From positions 1-36,482 of IMG/VR virus record IMGVR_UViG_3300012347_000345: a DNA stretch of 36,482 nt. One strand, 5' to 3'. The stretch is from a virus. Taxonomy: Duplodnaviria > Caudoviricetes. The notes under the pieces are model-generated. The model worked only from the letters and a program-made list of their open reading frames with translations. It was not told where the DNA came from and ran no database searches. The position numbers were made by a program, and so were the translations under genes. Of the stretch, positions 34,825 to 36,482 are shown in pieces (position 1 is the first letter of the stretch; each line of letters starts with the position of its first letter).

Positions 34825-35004
34825 ATGCAAAACATAGAAAGAATTAAGGTATTAAAATCAAGAATGCAGTACCTAAAAAACAAGTTAGCTTTTTGTGATT
34901 CATCAGTTTTTAAAATCACTTTTTTAGCATTCACAAAAGCACAAGATGAATGCTCACTACTTGAATCACTTGAATATCAAAAAAACAAAAATTACCAATT
35001 TTAA
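34825..35004 (+). CDS. Early hypothetical protein (59 aa)
   Basis: Read by eye as MQNIERIKVLKSRMQYLKNKLAFCD...NYQF. Confidence 0.6.
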   Translation: MQNIERIKVLKSRMQYLKNKLAFCDSSVFKITFLAFTKAQDECSLLESLEYQKNKNYQF

Positions 35005-35037
35005 TAACAAATCTTTTGACCCTTAAATTTTACTACC

Positions 35038-35175
35038 ATGAAAAACACAACTAAAAAAGAAATTATCGAATTATTCCTAGGAGAGGATAAATTCACAAAA
35101 TCAGATATTATGGAAACCCTAGGAATTTGGGCAGTGATCTTTATAGCCTTAATTTTTGCTTCTTTATTATCTTAA
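35038..35175 (+). CDS. Early small membrane protein (45 aa)
   Basis: Read by eye as MKNTTKKEIIELFLGED...LGIWAVIFIALIFASLLS. Confidence 0.62.
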   Translation: MKNTTKKEIIELFLGEDKFTKSDIMETLGIWAVIFIALIFASLLS

Positions 35176-35209
35176 TTAACAAATCCTTTAACACTTAAAA
35201 AATACTATT

Positions 35210-35653
35210 ATGAGCAACTTTAATAAATACGCATTTTTAGATGATCTAAAAACTTTATTGCTAGATGAAGTAATAAACGAAAATTTAACTGATATAGACT
35301 CAATTCAAGATTTTATTCATGAGGAATTAGAGAGGCAGGTAATGTATTCTAGGGATTGTTTCGAAATTGCTATGGATCTAAATCTAACTGATTTTAATGA
35401 TTTCGAACTAGGAGTACCTACAAGCATTTATCAGCTTGCTTATATGGGTCTTTATGAGTTTACAATTGAAAATTTTGATCATGGACTGATTGAGTCAGCA
35501 ATTGAGTATAAAGATGAATTTATAAAATTTGTTTTTAGCGATAATTGTATAAATGTGGAGGGTGGGAAAACTAAAACACAATGCACTCAATACTCAAAAG
35601 CATTTACTCAAATTGAATTGCTAGAATACTATTTAAAAGAATATTCATATTAA
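35210..35653 (+). CDS. Ocr-like acidic DNA-mimic (anti-restriction) candidate with an extra C-terminal domain
   Basis: About 24 D/E against 5 K/R in the first ~104 aa; TDIDSIQDFIHEELERQVMYSRDCFEI resembles T7 Ocr [27 protein letters not shown] as recalled; early position. Confidence 0.6.
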   Translation: MSNFNKYAFLDDLKTLLLDEVINENLTDIDSIQDFIHEELERQVMYSRDCFEIAMDLNLTDFNDFELGVPTSIYQLAYMGLYEFTIENFDHGLIESAIEYKDEFIKFVFSDNCINVEGGKTKTQCTQYSKAFTQIELLEYYLKEYSY

Positions 35654-35679
35654 TTTTTAACCTATAAAACACAAACACA

Positions 35680-35829
35680 ATGAAAAACTTTCTAGTAACA
35701 TATTTTGATACCAGATTGCAAATCGAAAGAAAAGAGATTTACTATTCAATTTCTTTAAAAGATTGTGAATCAAGTTTTGATTTCAGAAATCCAGATTACT
35801 TTATTTTAGATATTCAAGAAATAGAATAA
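35680..35829 (+). CDS. Early hypothetical protein (49 aa)
   Basis: Read by eye as MKNFLVTYFDTRLQ...ILDIQEIE. Confidence 0.65.
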   Translation: MKNFLVTYFDTRLQIERKEIYYSISLKDCESSFDFRNPDYFILDIQEIE

Positions 35830-35852
35830 TTAACCTATAAAAATTTAAACTC

Positions 35853-36020
35853 ATGAAAAATTACAAAGCAGTAAGATGTTACGATTCAGATTATATAAGT
35901 GAAGGTAAAAAAGTTTTTTATGTTACGATTGAAACAGATATAGATGTTTTAGATTATATTTCTTTTGATACAGAAAACGATGCATTTACATTTATAGATT
36001 TTTATAACAATAAAAAATAA
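35853..36020 (+). CDS. Early acidic hypothetical protein (55 aa)
   Basis: Read by eye as MKNYKAVRCYDSDY...FDTENDAFTFIDFYNNKK. Confidence 0.65.
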   Translation: MKNYKAVRCYDSDYISEGKKVFYVTIETDIDVLDYISFDTENDAFTFIDFYNNKK

Positions 36021-36024
36021 CACC

Positions 36025-36255
36025 ATGAAAAGATTTAGAATAAAACAATCAGATGAAATTATCGCCAATGTTAGGCATAGGGGTGAAATAGTAGGAAAAT
36101 GCTATTTCGACTGCGGAAGCACTAAAATAGATCAAATAGTAGCTAGCATGAGAGAAAGAATAGACTGGGAATTAAAAGGAACAGGTAAAAGAATTGAAAT
36201 AATGATTTATAACCGATCAACAGACAAAGTAAAATACATTGACACCTTTGCATAA
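36025..36255 (+). CDS. Early hypothetical protein
   Basis: ORF track. Confidence 0.72.
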   Translation: MKRFRIKQSDEIIANVRHRGEIVGKCYFDCGSTKIDQIVASMRERIDWELKGTGKRIEIMIYNRSTDKVKYIDTFA

Positions 36256-36262
36256 AGACATT

Positions 36263-36378
36263 AAGCCCCAAATAGGGGCTTTTGTCGTTTAAATAGGGGC
36301 TTACTTTATTTTTGCCTCATGTAATTAAATTAGCCCTATTTGGGCTTTTGTTGTTTTAGCCCTATATGGGCTTTATTT
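36263..36378 (+). terminator. Three tandem AGCCC-N5-7-GGGCT terminator hairpins
   Basis: Hairpins at 36263-36281, 36332-36346 and 36358-36372, each followed by Ts. Confidence 0.75.
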
Positions 36379-36427
36379 GTTTAAGCCTTACCAATGTATC
36401 AAGCGAAGCAATTCGAAGCGATACACG

Positions 36428-36482
36428 GCAAAAGAAAGGCTAATTAACTAGGTGTTTATTATGGCTTATTAAAGCCTAAAAA
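36428..36482. repeat. Terminal direct repeat, right copy
   Basis: Identical to 1-55. Confidence 0.95.

Noticed and set aside
1-36482. Temperate lifestyle
   Set aside because: No integrase, CI-like repressor or partition genes were recognised, though divergent ones among the hypotheticals cannot be excluded.

Overview
This window is an apparently complete, circularly assembled ~36.4 kb tailed-phage genome of siphovirus type: the first 55 nt repeat exactly at the end. The host is most likely Bacteroidota, judged from TAnnTTTG-type -7 promoters and A-rich leaders without Shine-Dalgarno sites. The + strand carries a small-ORF early block (33997-36255, including an Ocr-like acidic protein), an RHH regulator, RusA, a tRNA-like RNA with a ~55-nt expansion, an SSB-like protein, a PD-(D/E)XK exonuclease, a TAGT/GREB1-like glycosyltransferase pair, a replication-initiator-like protein and DnaB. 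The - strand carries terminase, portal, HK97 head, tail, fibre, lysis and metallophosphoesterase genes. A 1.27 kb non-coding control/packaging region separates the two. No integrase, CI-like repressor, DNA polymerase, RT/DGR or CRISPR array was recognised. The most intriguing signal is a set of short U-rich RNA segments at transcript 3' ends, one with its own promoter and terminator, that are complementary to the start-codon regions of other phage genes. This suggests a trans-antisense temporal shut-off cascade. Other highlights are five Fur-box-like palindromes, a second -1 frameshift site in the tail-tip gene, and a DNA glycosyltransferase lacking its usual TET or hydroxymethylase partner. 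All protein calls are by-eye motif recognition, with no database search.
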